Part shown: positions 1 to 9,395 of the stretch, in pieces | How the letters are laid out: each line of letters opens with the position of its first letter | Numbering within the stretch: the first letter of the stretch is position 1 | DNA from: Dehalococcoidia bacterium | GTDB lineage: Bacteria > Chloroflexota > Dehalococcoidia > Plut-88900 | Assembly (NCBI GenBank): GCA_965197675.1 | Contig: OZ240221.1 | Location: forward strand, 1,731,437 to 1,795,436 | Length of the DNA: 64,000 nucleotides | Direction of reading: 5' to 3' | Position numbers and translations under genes: made by a program | The notes under the pieces: model-generated | Told to the model about the DNA's origin: nothing | Database searches by the model: none | Seen by the model: the letters and a program-made list of their open reading frames with translations, nothing else

Positions 1-49
1 TACTCATCACTGTGACGATGGCGGACGAGGCATTGGTGGCCGTAGGGGC

Positions 50-556
50 TCAGGGCGTGGGGGTGGCAAGCCTCGTGTCTCCGTCTGATCTGAACTCGTC
101 AGCAATAACCTTATACGCTTCTTTCTGAGCTTTTTCATTCGCGCCCTCATCAATCGCCATTTCATAGCCTGTGGGAATCTTATCGTATGTCTGCCGTAAG
201 CGAGTAACATCATTTGAGGTTACATTCCCATACCATAATTGTCGCCATGCAGTTGCCAGATACCCATACTGTTCGCTGAACAGATTAGCAGCAGTTGCTT
301 TTGATGAGTAATCGGCATGAATAGACCAGAGCGTTGAGATCACTACCATGCCAAAGAACGCAATGGATATAAGTACCGATAGCTCTATCGCCAACGGGAT
401 TATCGCCATAGCAGCAGACAGAATCGTCACCCACGTTAAGAATGTATGCTTTCTCCGCAACTTGCCTGATAAAATCCCGTAGTAACGAATGAGGCGATCT
501 GTATCAGTGAGGCCAATCCAGACTTGCTCCTTGAGATGGTGTCCTTGATTATCCAT
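50..556 (-). CDS. Small membrane protein with two adjacent TM helices and soluble N- and C-terminal tails. It lies directly downstream of, and is co-oriented with, the methyltransferase-nuclease fusion. SLATT-like topology is a possibility.
   Basis: 168-aa ORF. Hydrophobic stretch 'FLTWVTILSAAMAIIPLAIELSVLISIAFFGMVVISTLWSI' gives two TM helices flanked by charged residues. There is an 11-nt gap to the upstream gene on the same strand. No family recognised by eye. Confidence 0.45.
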   Translation of the reverse strand: MDNQGHHLKEQVWIGLTDTDRLIRYYGILSGKLRRKHTFLTWVTILSAAMAIIPLAIELSVLISIAFFGMVVISTLWSIHADYSSKATAANLFSEQYGYLATAWRQLWYGNVTSNDVTRLRQTYDKIPTGYEMAIDEGANEKAQKEAYKVIADEFRSDGDTRLATPTP

Positions 557-567
557 AAAGAAGCCTC

Positions 568-2163
568 CTACCGAGGTATCCCCGGCATCCTCGGCTCTAG
601 GGTATGTCGACCAGCCACAGTAGGCGTTTGAAACCTCTTACCCTCTAGTATCTCCCCCACTGTCAATATCTGCATCCTCGGATAGTCAATACCCAGAATA
701 TCCAGCGTGCCAGCTTCAGCCATAAACCTTGTGAAGTTGCGGGCCTTGACAACGCCCATCGGCTCCATGATTATCAGTCCAGCAATCAATGCTGTGTCGT
801 AGTCCAGAACGCCTTTAAGTTCCCGTAGAACATTGATCCCGACGTTAGCCCCGCCTTTCACCTCTACAACCATGCTCTGCAAGTCCTGAGCGTGTGGGAC
901 AGCAAAGTAGACTCTACCGTCAACCCCTCCATCGGCTGACCGCTTGGTGGTTACGAAGCCGTCAGCCTGCTCAACTGCCCACTTCTGGAAATGGTACTTA
1001 TCTCGCTGCCAAAGGTCTTGTGCGCCTTCTACAGTACGAGGCACACCCTCAACAGTGAAGTCCTGGCCTTCTACCAGCCCTAGGCGTTCTGTGAGCCGTA
1101 TGCGGGCAACTCGTTTGACAGCGTGGATAGCTATGTCTATCCCTATCCACGGTCTCCCTAGCTTGTGGGCTGCTTCCAGCGTCGTGGCACAACCGCAGAA
1201 TGGATCGAGGACAACATCGCCCTCGTTAGAGCTTGCCTTGATGATACGCTCTAGCAAGGCGAGGGGTTTCTGTGTGTTATACCCCATGCGCTCCGCAGCC
1301 TGAGAATTTACTGGCGGAATATCGGTCCAAACATCGTGGACAGCGCGCCCCTCTAGTTCATCCAAATAGCGTTTGAGTTGTGGTACTCGGCTCCCCGTAT
1401 AGATCCGCCCTTCGGCTTCCAGTGAGCGCATTCGTTCCTCAGTATAACGCCATGCCCGCGTGATACCGTGAAACTCATAGACTGGCCCCCGACCTGCTGG
1501 CGGATTTAGGTCACTAAGCCTAAACCGACCTTTATCATCCTCATGGGTGAATTTACTCTCAATGTATTCTTCTGAGAACGGTGCATATTGCCGGTTGAAC
1601 TGGTGTAAGCCAGGCTTGTTGGTGTAGAAAAGAATCCGATCCGATACCCGACCAAAGCGTTTTGCATCCGCGTGGAAGTTAAACCGTTGCCAGACAATCT
1701 CATTCTTGAAATTGTCATGCTCGAATACGGCATCCAGCAGGGCCTTGATGTAATGACTCGCAGTCGGGTCGCAATGGTAATAAAGGCTTCCAGTCGGCTT
1801 CAGGATGCGCCGCATGATCAAGAGGCGCTGGGCCATGTACGACAGGTAGGCCAAGAGACGTGGCTGGGTTCCCCGTAAGGCTTGCATCCAGAGCCTCCAT
1901 AGCTCCGCCACTTCGTCCCTAAGCCCGCTCTCCCGCATGAGAACGGGCATGGTTCGGATAGCCCGATCCCGCTCTTCGTCAAGCTCCCACATATCACAAA
2001 ACGCCTCTATCTGGTCTGGGAGCGGTCGCCCGGTCTCATCCTTGTAAATGGCGTTATAGTTGCGTTGACTGTTGAAGGGTGGATCAAGGTAGATTAGGTC
2101 TACGCAAGCATTAGGCCATTCCTGCATGATGGTAAGGCAGTCACCATAGTAAAGCCTATTCAT
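568..2163 (-). CDS. DNA methyltransferase (N6-adenine/N4-cytosine family, beta-class motif order) fused to a C-terminal Mrr-like PD-(D/E)xK restriction-endonuclease-like domain.
   Basis: N-terminus carries 'DLIYLDPPFNS' (motif IV, DPPF). AdoMet motif I 'VVLDPFCGCATTLEAAHKLGRPWIGIDI' lies about 300 aa later. The C-terminal ~170 aa contain 'SADGGVDGRVYF...VVEVKGG', matching the Mrr_cat signature (GDGGIDG ... VQcK). The protein is 531 aa. Confidence 0.7.
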   Translation of the reverse strand: MNRLYYGDCLTIMQEWPNACVDLIYLDPPFNSQRNYNAIYKDETGRPLPDQIEAFCDMWELDEERDRAIRTMPVLMRESGLRDEVAELWRLWMQALRGTQPRLLAYLSYMAQRLLIMRRILKPTGSLYYHCDPTASHYIKALLDAVFEHDNFKNEIVWQRFNFHADAKRFGRVSDRILFYTNKPGLHQFNRQYAPFSEEYIESKFTHEDDKGRFRLSDLNPPAGRGPVYEFHGITRAWRYTEERMRSLEAEGRIYTGSRVPQLKRYLDELEGRAVHDVWTDIPPVNSQAAERMGYNTQKPLALLERIIKASSNEGDVVLDPFCGCATTLEAAHKLGRPWIGIDIAIHAVKRVARIRLTERLGLVEGQDFTVEGVPRTVEGAQDLWQRDKYHFQKWAVEQADGFVTTKRSADGGVDGRVYFAVPHAQDLQSMVVEVKGGANVGINVLRELKGVLDYDTALIAGLIIMEPMGVVKARNFTRFMAEAGTLDILGIDYPRMQILTVGEILEGKRFQTPTVAGRHTLEPRMPGIPR

Positions 2164-2272
2164 GCCGCCACCTTCCAGAAATACAATCGCCCGTACCCCG
2201 GAACGCGCTCAGATGTAATGATGTCCTTTCTTTTGAGCCATTGTTGAGCATTCTGAACATAGTGCTTCCAAC

Positions 2273-3148
2273 TCACGCTGTCACCGCCCCTTGAATGAAG
2301 CGGGAGAATGGGTCGGCCATACCCCGCATGTTGTACTTGAAACAGGCTTCGACTGCATAAGCCATAGCGAAGCCCTTAGTGTAGTGGTGGTGAGTCCCAT
2401 ACCAAGCCCTCTTTAGCAGACTCCAAAAGCCCTCGATAGTGTTGGTATGGGTTAGCCCATCGGCGTACTGCTTGGCATGTTCTATAGTTGCGTGTCGGAT
2501 CTTCCCATCCATTCGCCGATATGCGGGGTACTCATCAGTTACCAGCAGTGAGTTGTCAGTATCTAGGTTTCGGCTTAAAAAGTCCTCTAAGGCTGGTCCA
2601 TCCACCTTGATAGATGGCTCAGCAACTACTCTCCCATTGCGCTCTACGGCTCCAACGATGGGGAGCTTGTGAGTGCCCCTGCCCCTGGGGGCGGGTGTAG
2701 CGTCGGCGTGGTGGTTCCGTCTACGGGGCTTTCCACCTATGTAAGCCTCATCCGCCTCAACAATGCCAGATAGCAATTCACCATCTCCTACCATCGCCCT
2801 ACGGATTCTCATTGCCATGTACCAGGCTGTCTTTTGGTTCAAGTCCAGGTCGCGGGCCAACTGGTGAGAGGATACGCTCTTTTTCGCATTTAGAAGAATG
2901 GAGACAGCGAGAAACCACTTTTGAAGCTCGATATGAGTCTTTTGGAAGATGGTGTGAGCCAGGACATTGAAGCTGGACTTGCAATCGTGGCAGTTCCATC
3001 GACCCTCACGATGCCCGTCAGCCTTGCGGGCTACGCTTACCCTTCCACAATAGGGGCAGGCCGGTGTATCATGCCATCGCACCCGTTCTAGGTGCTCTAT
3101 GCAAGACTCATGGTCTGGGAAACGCTGGAAAACCTTGATTAAGTCCAT
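2273..3148 (-). mobile_element. IS1595-family (ISXO2-like) transposase gene. Terminal inverted repeats of the IS were not resolved.
   Basis: 291-aa ORF with an N-terminal zinc-ribbon 'CPYCG' and the hallmark 'LLVTDEYPAYRR' DDE region typical of IS1595/ISXO2 transposases. It sits next to a methyltransferase-nuclease gene. Confidence 0.75.
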
Positions 3149-3420
3149 GTCTGTTCCTTCCTTAAGGATAGTGTAAAGGAACAGAGTCTATTTGTCAAGC
3201 CCCTAACTACTTATTCCGTTTTTCTAAGATGTTCCAATCCTGAATGTCTACCTATTGATCGAATGTGGCCCATTCTACCTTGGGATACTCGTGCTTTAGC
3301 CCTTCGACGTCGGCAGTTAAACCGATTTGGGCGGACCAGTCGTACATTAATCGCTGCGTCTGAGAAATGGGCGCTCAGCTCCTCTATGGATTGCTCCTAG
3401 TATACCGTCGTACGACCGGT

Positions 3421-5607
3421 CTATTCGATCTTTTCAAGAGGTGCGTAGCTCAGCAGCAGCCGTTTTATGCCGACGCTTCCTTTGAAGGCCACGGTAACCT
3501 CATGGTCTCCGTTGGCGGACTTGCAGGACACGACTATTCCATCTCCGAATACGGAGTGTCGCACCTGATCGCCGTCCCTCAACCCAGAGTCCTTCTCCTC
3601 CGGCTTGGCGGGCGTGGACCACCACAGGTCTGAAGGACTCGATTGTACTCCTTGGGGCAGGCTCGAGACGCTGGCTGTGAGATGCTCTGGGATGGCCTGC
3701 AGAAACCTTGACGGTGCGTTGACGGTGCTGCTTCCCATCAATCTTCTTCGGAAGGCTCTAACCAGGTATAGACGCTCCATGGCCCTGGTCATCCCCACGT
3801 AGGCTAGTCGCCGCTCCTCCTCCATCTTTCCAGGGTCATCAAAGGACCTCATGTGGGGTAGAATACCCTCTTCCATACCCACTATGAATACCACGGGAAA
3901 CTCCAAACCCTTGGCTTGGTGAAGGGTTATAAGAGTCACAGCGTCGGCTCTCTGCTCTAGCTCATCAACGTCTGACACCAGGGCCACGCCCTCCAAAAGG
4001 GTAGCCAGGCCCTCTTCGGGAGGCAGGTCTCGGTATTCTCCAGCAACGCCGCGTAGCTCCAGGATATTCTCCCATCTTTCTTCACCATCCTCGTTGCCGT
4101 CCAGCAGATATCTTTGATAGCCAGTAGTTTGTACTACTGCGTTGACTAGCCTCACCACGTCCAAGTCTTCCACCTGGTCTATCAGGCCATTGAGCAAGTC
4201 CAGGAAGTTGGTGAGGGAGCGGGTCGTGCGTGCAGTAAAGGGATGCTTCTCAGTCGAGCTTTCTCGCCCATCGGTGGCTATCATTTGGAGGGCGGTGTAC
4301 ATGGGCACGTCCAGCTCTTGCGCCCATCGGGTAAGCTCGTCGATGGTGCGCTGGCCTATTCCCCTAGTCGGCACGTTTATGACCCGCATTAGGCTCACCG
4401 AGTCGTATGGATTGTGAATCAGGCGCAGATAGGCGATGATGTCTTTCACTTCTCGTCTTTGGTAGAATCTCGTCCCACCAACCAACCGATATTGAATCCC
4501 GTATCTGAGGAACGCCTCTTCAATGACCCGTGACTGGGCATTGGTGCGGTACATCACAGCGAAATCGCCTCTCTTATATTCATGGGACCTGATCAGCCCT
4601 TCTATCTCTCGAGCCACCACTTGGGCTTCTTCCTGCTCGGTGTAGGCCTCGGTCATGGAAATGGGGCTTCCCGACTCGTTCTGAGTCCACAGGTTCTTCT
4701 CTTTGCGCTGCTGGTTGGTGGAGATAACGTGATGAGCCCCTTCCAGTATGGTCTGCGTGGAGCGGTAGTTCTGCTCCAGAAAAACCACTTTGGCATCAGA
4801 ATAGTCCCTCTCGAAATTCATGATGTTGCGGATATCGGCGTATCTCCAGGAATAGATGGATTGGTCTGGATCACCTACCACACAGATGTTTCGATACCCA
4901 CTAGCCAGCAGCTTGGCCAGGGTGTATTGGGCAATGTTGGTATCCTGAAACTCGTCGATTAACACGTGGACGTAGCGGGACGTGTATTTCTCCAGTGTTT
5001 CGCGATTTTTCTGAAGCAGCTGTACCGTCTTCAGAAGGAGGTCGTCGAAGTCGACCCCGTTGTTGTCCTGTAGCCGTACCTGATACCTCTGGTAAATGCG
5101 GTGCACGACCTCGTCAAAGTAGCTCTGGGTGTGTCGAGTGTGCTCTTCTACTCCAATGAGCTGGCTCTTGGCGGCCGAGATCGACGATAGGATGCTTCTA
5201 GGCGAGAAGCTCTTGGGGTCTACCCCCAACTCTTGCATGACCCTCTTTATAATGCTTATCTGATCGTCATCGTCAAAGATGACAAGGTTCCTGTCTAGTC
5301 CCACAGACTCGCCGTCGATTCTGAGTATCTTGGCGCATATGGCGTGAAAGGTGCCTAGCGCTATGCTTTCGACCGTCTGTCCCACCAGCTGGTACAGGCG
5401 CTCTTTCATCTCCCTGGCAGCCTTGTTGGTGAAGGTCACGGCCATGATTCTGTGGGGAGCCACCCCGCACACCTTGATGAGATATGCTACTCGATGAGTA
5501 ATGACTCGGGTCTTGCCGCTTCCGGGGCCGGCCAGGATGAGCAGAGGGCCTTGGACGGTCTCTACCGCCTCTCGTTGGGCCGGATTGAGGTTTTCGAGAA
5601 TCTCCAT
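3421..5607 (-). CDS. pcrA: ATP-dependent DNA helicase of the UvrD/PcrA family, with a C-terminal Tudor-like domain.
   Basis: 728 aa. Walker A 'ILAGPGSGKTRVI' follows 'NPAQREAVE'. Helicase motifs are present throughout ('DEFQDTN', 'VGDPDQSIY'). The C-terminal 'GDQVRHSVFGDGIVV' resembles the PcrA/UvrD C-terminal domain. Confidence 0.85.
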   Translation of the reverse strand: MEILENLNPAQREAVETVQGPLLILAGPGSGKTRVITHRVAYLIKVCGVAPHRIMAVTFTNKAAREMKERLYQLVGQTVESIALGTFHAICAKILRIDGESVGLDRNLVIFDDDDQISIIKRVMQELGVDPKSFSPRSILSSISAAKSQLIGVEEHTRHTQSYFDEVVHRIYQRYQVRLQDNNGVDFDDLLLKTVQLLQKNRETLEKYTSRYVHVLIDEFQDTNIAQYTLAKLLASGYRNICVVGDPDQSIYSWRYADIRNIMNFERDYSDAKVVFLEQNYRSTQTILEGAHHVISTNQQRKEKNLWTQNESGSPISMTEAYTEQEEAQVVAREIEGLIRSHEYKRGDFAVMYRTNAQSRVIEEAFLRYGIQYRLVGGTRFYQRREVKDIIAYLRLIHNPYDSVSLMRVINVPTRGIGQRTIDELTRWAQELDVPMYTALQMIATDGRESSTEKHPFTARTTRSLTNFLDLLNGLIDQVEDLDVVRLVNAVVQTTGYQRYLLDGNEDGEERWENILELRGVAGEYRDLPPEEGLATLLEGVALVSDVDELEQRADAVTLITLHQAKGLEFPVVFIVGMEEGILPHMRSFDDPGKMEEERRLAYVGMTRAMERLYLVRAFRRRLMGSSTVNAPSRFLQAIPEHLTASVSSLPQGVQSSPSDLWWSTPAKPEEKDSGLRDGDQVRHSVFGDGIVVSCKSANGDHEVTVAFKGSVGIKRLLLSYAPLEKIE

Positions 5608-5747
5608 ACTACTATCTTAAAGGATTATAGCAGTCGGTTGTCTGCCACTATCTAGCTGGAGGGGACGAATCGAGATCTGAGTGGGCGAGGAAAGGACTAT
5701 GGAATGTGTGCGACCGCCGTATTTGGCGGTGATTGCGTAAGACTGGG

Positions 5748-6947
5748 TTAAGCGGCTTGCTCGAAGATGGCGGCCACGCCCTGTCCTCCGGCTACACACA
5801 TGGTCTCCAGCCCATATTTGGACTGGCGGCGCCTCATCTCGTGGAGCATTGTGGCCAGTATTCGAGCCCCCGTGGCAGCGATGGGATGACCTAGTGAGAT
5901 TCCGGATCCGTTGACGTTAACGATGTCCTCATCAGGGAGACGCCACTCTCGGAGCACCGACAATACTTGAGAGGCAAAGGCTTCGTTAAGCTCGATGAGA
6001 TCGATATCCTTCCAAGATAACCCTGTCTTATCGAATAGCTTTTTGACTGCAGGCACGGGCCCTATGCCCATATATGCTGGATGAACCCCGGCAGCAGCCC
6101 ATCCTCTCAAGAAGCCCATCGGCTTGAGCCCCAGCTCATCCAACTTTTCGGCGGCCACTACTAGACAGACGGCGGCGGCATCGTTTTGGCTGCTAGCGTT
6201 GCCTGCCGTTACTGTTCCCTTCGGCATCACAGGCGGTAGCTTTGCCAGTTGCGCCATAGAGGTGTCTGCACGGGGCCCTTCGTCCGTATCGAATATGACC
6301 GGATCACCCCTTCTCTGGGGAACTTCTACAGAGACAATCTCCTCTTTGAATTTATCGGCTTCTTGAGCCGCTATGGCCCTCTGGTGACTGCGAAGTGCGT
6401 ATTGGTCCTGTTCCTCTCGGGAGATCTCGTACTTCTGGGCTACGTTCTCCGCTGTTTCTATTACCCCGGAGATATATCCAAATCTCTCCTCTGGCGAGAC
6501 CCTCTCTCGCCCCCTTACCAACCGATCATGAAGGGTGAGAGAACCGAACCGTCCACCCCAGCGGGCCTCGGTCAGGTAGTATTCAACGTTGCTCATGCTC
6601 TCGACACCGCCGGCAATAACTACGTCGGCATTATTAGTCTGGACCATCATCGAAGCGTTCAGGATAGCCTGTAGCCCTGAAGAACACCTCCGGTCCAACT
6701 GATAGCCGGGGACCTCTATTGGAAGGCCAGCTTTGAGTGATGATAGTCGACCTATGGCAGGGTTCTCTCCGCTGGGGTAGCCGTGACCTAGAATTACCTC
6801 GTCAACCAACTCTCCATCCAGGCCCGTTCTACTCAACAGCTCTCGAATGACCAGTGCTGCCAGCTCCTCGGCGGGCACCTTCTGGAGTGCTCCCCCAAAT
6901 CTCCCTATTGGAGTCCGCAGCGGACTGACTATGGCTACTTCTCGCAT
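5748..6947 (-). CDS. Acetyl-CoA C-acetyltransferase (thiolase).
   Basis: 399 aa. N-terminus 'VAIVSPLRTPIGRFGG', 'NASMMVQTN' and the C-terminal 'CVAGGQGVAAIFE' are thiolase signatures. Confidence 0.85.
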   Translation of the reverse strand: MREVAIVSPLRTPIGRFGGALQKVPAEELAALVIRELLSRTGLDGELVDEVILGHGYPSGENPAIGRLSSLKAGLPIEVPGYQLDRRCSSGLQAILNASMMVQTNNADVVIAGGVESMSNVEYYLTEARWGGRFGSLTLHDRLVRGRERVSPEERFGYISGVIETAENVAQKYEISREEQDQYALRSHQRAIAAQEADKFKEEIVSVEVPQRRGDPVIFDTDEGPRADTSMAQLAKLPPVMPKGTVTAGNASSQNDAAAVCLVVAAEKLDELGLKPMGFLRGWAAAGVHPAYMGIGPVPAVKKLFDKTGLSWKDIDLIELNEAFASQVLSVLREWRLPDEDIVNVNGSGISLGHPIAATGARILATMLHEMRRRQSKYGLETMCVAGGQGVAAIFEQAA

Positions 6948-7036
6948 GGTGAGTTCCCCTGAAAAGAATGGTCTTGCTACTCTAGTGCCTGCCTAACAGT
7001 ATACATGATACATGGAAAAGACCCCATAAACACACA

Positions 7037-8158
7037 TTGCCGCCTACCACAGCCAGGGCAATCGCATATTGGTCAAAAGCAGCTTTGGCGAAACTCTTCC
7101 CACCCGGCTGGACGCTGGCCGAACCTGGAAAAACGGCTGGCGCCATATCCCCTCACCCTGAGCTAGTCGAAGCTATGCGACTCGGACGCCGCGCCGTTGG
7201 CTGCGACATCGACCCACTGGCTCGAATGATTGCAGCAGCCAAGTTGACCCCCATTGACCCGATCGCCGCCCTCCGGGAGGGAAACAAGATCATAGATGGA
7301 GCGAGCGACTACTACCGTCGAGCCCGTTGGAGACTGCAAAGAGAATCGAAACTGCGCTTCGACGCAAAAACGAGGAAGTTCATCCGCTACTGGTTCCTAC
7401 CCCAGCACCAGCTTGAACTGCTCGCTCTGGTACAGCGCATCGAATCTCTGCCCAGAGGAGGAACGCGGGACTTCCTCCGTGTGGTATTTTCCTCGACCAT
7501 CATTGCCAAGTCTGGCGGAGTATCGTTGGCGCGCGATCTAGCGCACACCCGTCCTCACAGAGACACACAGAAGACGCCCCCGTCGGCCTTCATAGAGTTT
7601 GACAGACGCCTAGAGCGCAATGTCGCGACTCTTGACAAGCACGCGCCCAGCGACGCCGCAAGCGCTGCCGACACTGGCCTGCCGCCCCCGAGTGTCGACC
7701 TAATCGTGACGTCGCCGCCTTATGCCAATAACGCGATCGACTACATGCGTGCGCACAAGTTTGCGCTAGTGTGGTTCGGCTGGAAGATCGACGACCTCGC
7801 CCGGATTCGCGCTCAGTATGTGGGACACGATGCGATAGCCGGCCTACGCTACGACGGTCTACCCAGCCGGTGCGAGGATACGTTGGTCAAGCTGGCAGAC
7901 CGTGACGACAGGAAGGCACTGGTATTACGTCGCTACTTTGAAGAGATGAAGACCGTCATTGCGGAGATGAAGCGAGTCCTGAAGAGCGGCAGGCCGATTG
8001 TGATCGTCGTAGGCTCCTCGAGATTACGGGGCCTAGACGTAGAGACACACAAGGGGCTTGCCGCCATCGGTGAGAGCGTAGGCCTTGCCCTAGCTGGAAT
8101 CGGCACTCGCAGGCTGGACCGGGACAAGCGCATGATGCCCGCGCGATGGGGTCAGTGA
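7037..8158 (+). CDS. Alpha-class (Dam-like architecture) DNA methyltransferase with an SPPY catalytic motif (N4-cytosine or N6-adenine). Candidate modification subunit of the adjacent CCGG-family endonuclease.
   Basis: N-terminal 'LAEPGKTAGAIS...RRAVGCDIDPLARMI' aligns with the Dam motif-I region 'VEPFVGAGSVF...ILADINSDLI'. The FxGxG is partly degenerate. Motif IV 'DLIVTSPPYANNAIDY' lies about 190 aa later. The gene is directly upstream of the endonuclease on the same strand. Confidence 0.6.
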   Translation: MPPTTARAIAYWSKAALAKLFPPGWTLAEPGKTAGAISPHPELVEAMRLGRRAVGCDIDPLARMIAAAKLTPIDPIAALREGNKIIDGASDYYRRARWRLQRESKLRFDAKTRKFIRYWFLPQHQLELLALVQRIESLPRGGTRDFLRVVFSSTIIAKSGGVSLARDLAHTRPHRDTQKTPPSAFIEFDRRLERNVATLDKHAPSDAASAADTGLPPPSVDLIVTSPPYANNAIDYMRAHKFALVWFGWKIDDLARIRAQYVGHDAIAGLRYDGLPSRCEDTLVKLADRDDRKALVLRRYFEEMKTVIAEMKRVLKSGRPIVIVVGSSRLRGLDVETHKGLAAIGESVGLALAGIGTRRLDRDKRMMPARWGQ

Positions 8159-8220
8159 AAGCAGTCGCAGATCGAAGAGCGTATGCACAATGAATACGTG
8201 GTTGGATTGGTGAAGTCGTA

Positions 8221-9059
8221 ATGCCCGGCAGGATCGAAGCTCTCCGACGAGCCTATCACCGCCAGATTTTCCGCGACGTATTGAGGCAAACGGCGTCTGG
8301 CATTCCGAACAACGCCGATAGCGGAAGTGCTTCGAGTGTGAGGCTTGCTAGAGGCATTGTCGAGAACATCGGACTTCCGATAGGGACGGAGAGATTGGCT
8401 GGACAGACAGCGGGACGCCAATTCGAGGAGACGACAAAGAGCTTCCTGCGCGACGCATTTGGGTTGCTTTCTCATCTACGCCCGGGGGAATGGGAATTCT
8501 CGCTGGGCGGAAACATCCGTGACTACGAACAATATCTGCATTTGTCCGATGTACGACGAGTCGTCGAACAACATGAGGAGCTACGGATCATCTTCGGCGA
8601 CTATATCGTCACGGCTGACATTGTTGTCTGCCGAAAGCCGGTTACAGATTCGAAGATCAACGAGAACGAAGCTCTGATCAATGACGACACTGTAGCTACG
8701 CATACGCCACTGCGGCTCGCTAATTCACAAGCGAATATCTTGCACTCCAGCGTGTCTTGCAAATGGACGATTCGCAGCGACCACTCTCAAAACGCACGCA
8801 CCGAGGGCCTAAACCTTGTGCGCAACCGAAAAAAGGCAAGACTCCGCATATAGTCGTCGTCATAGGGGAACCTCTTCCTGGGCGAATTGCTTCGCTCGCA
8901 TATGGCACAGGAGACATCGACTGCATCTACCATTTCGCCTTGAGGGAATTGAAGGCAGCAGCAGCGGATAACGATTCGGATGCCGAGTTGTTAAATACAC
9001 TCGTGACCGGCAGGAGGCTACCCGACATCAGTGACTTGCCGTTCGACTTGGCAGCCTGA
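8221..9059 (+). pseudogene. NgoMIV/Cfr10I-family (CCGG-core) Type II restriction endonuclease, interrupted by a -1 frameshift in an A6 homopolymer at 8829-8834.
   Basis: ORF 8221-8853 contains 'SCKWTIRSDHSQNARTEGLNLVRNRK', the SxK active-site plus R-S-D-R CCGG-recognition motif of NgoMIV-family enzymes. It stops shortly after 'cgaaaaaagg'. The +1 frame (ORF 8757-9059) continues 'KGKTPHIVVVIGEPLPGRI...DIDCIYHFAL...DISDLPFDLAA', matching the NgoMIV C-terminus. Inserting one A restores a continuous reading frame of about 280 aa. Confidence 0.7.
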
Positions 9060-9152
9060 GCATGATACTCTGCTTTGATGGAGTGTCTGGCTGATAACCG
9101 TCCTGTTTTGCCAACGGTCCTTTGGCGGCAGTATCAGTCTTGCTCCGTTTAA

Positions 9153-9368
9153 TTCATTGAGTTTGTTATCTGTCCTATCCACGCGACAGCCAGAGATTTC
9201 CCTGCTCAACCTGGCCCGAAATGCAAAACAGGCCCCATACACGGACTAACAAGGGTGGCCGCCGCACTTGCCGACGGCAACCCAGGGTTCGCCACGGTGC
9301 TCAAGGTGGTCCGTGCCTTGGGACTACAACTTCATGCGTCCGCCGCGCCGGGAGTGACTGGAGAATGA
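9153..9368 (+). pseudogene. C-terminal remnant of a HigA-family addiction-module antidote (antitoxin) protein. It has no start codon and the HTH domain is missing.
   Basis: A stop-to-stop open frame ends '...GLTRVAAALADGNPGFATVLKVVRALGLQLHASA', resembling the conserved C-terminal tail of HigA-type antidote proteins ('NP.f.T.lKv..ALGl.L'). There is no ATG or HTH upstream. Confidence 0.35.
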
Positions 9369-9395
9369 ACGACCATTATCAGGGACAACCGGGCA

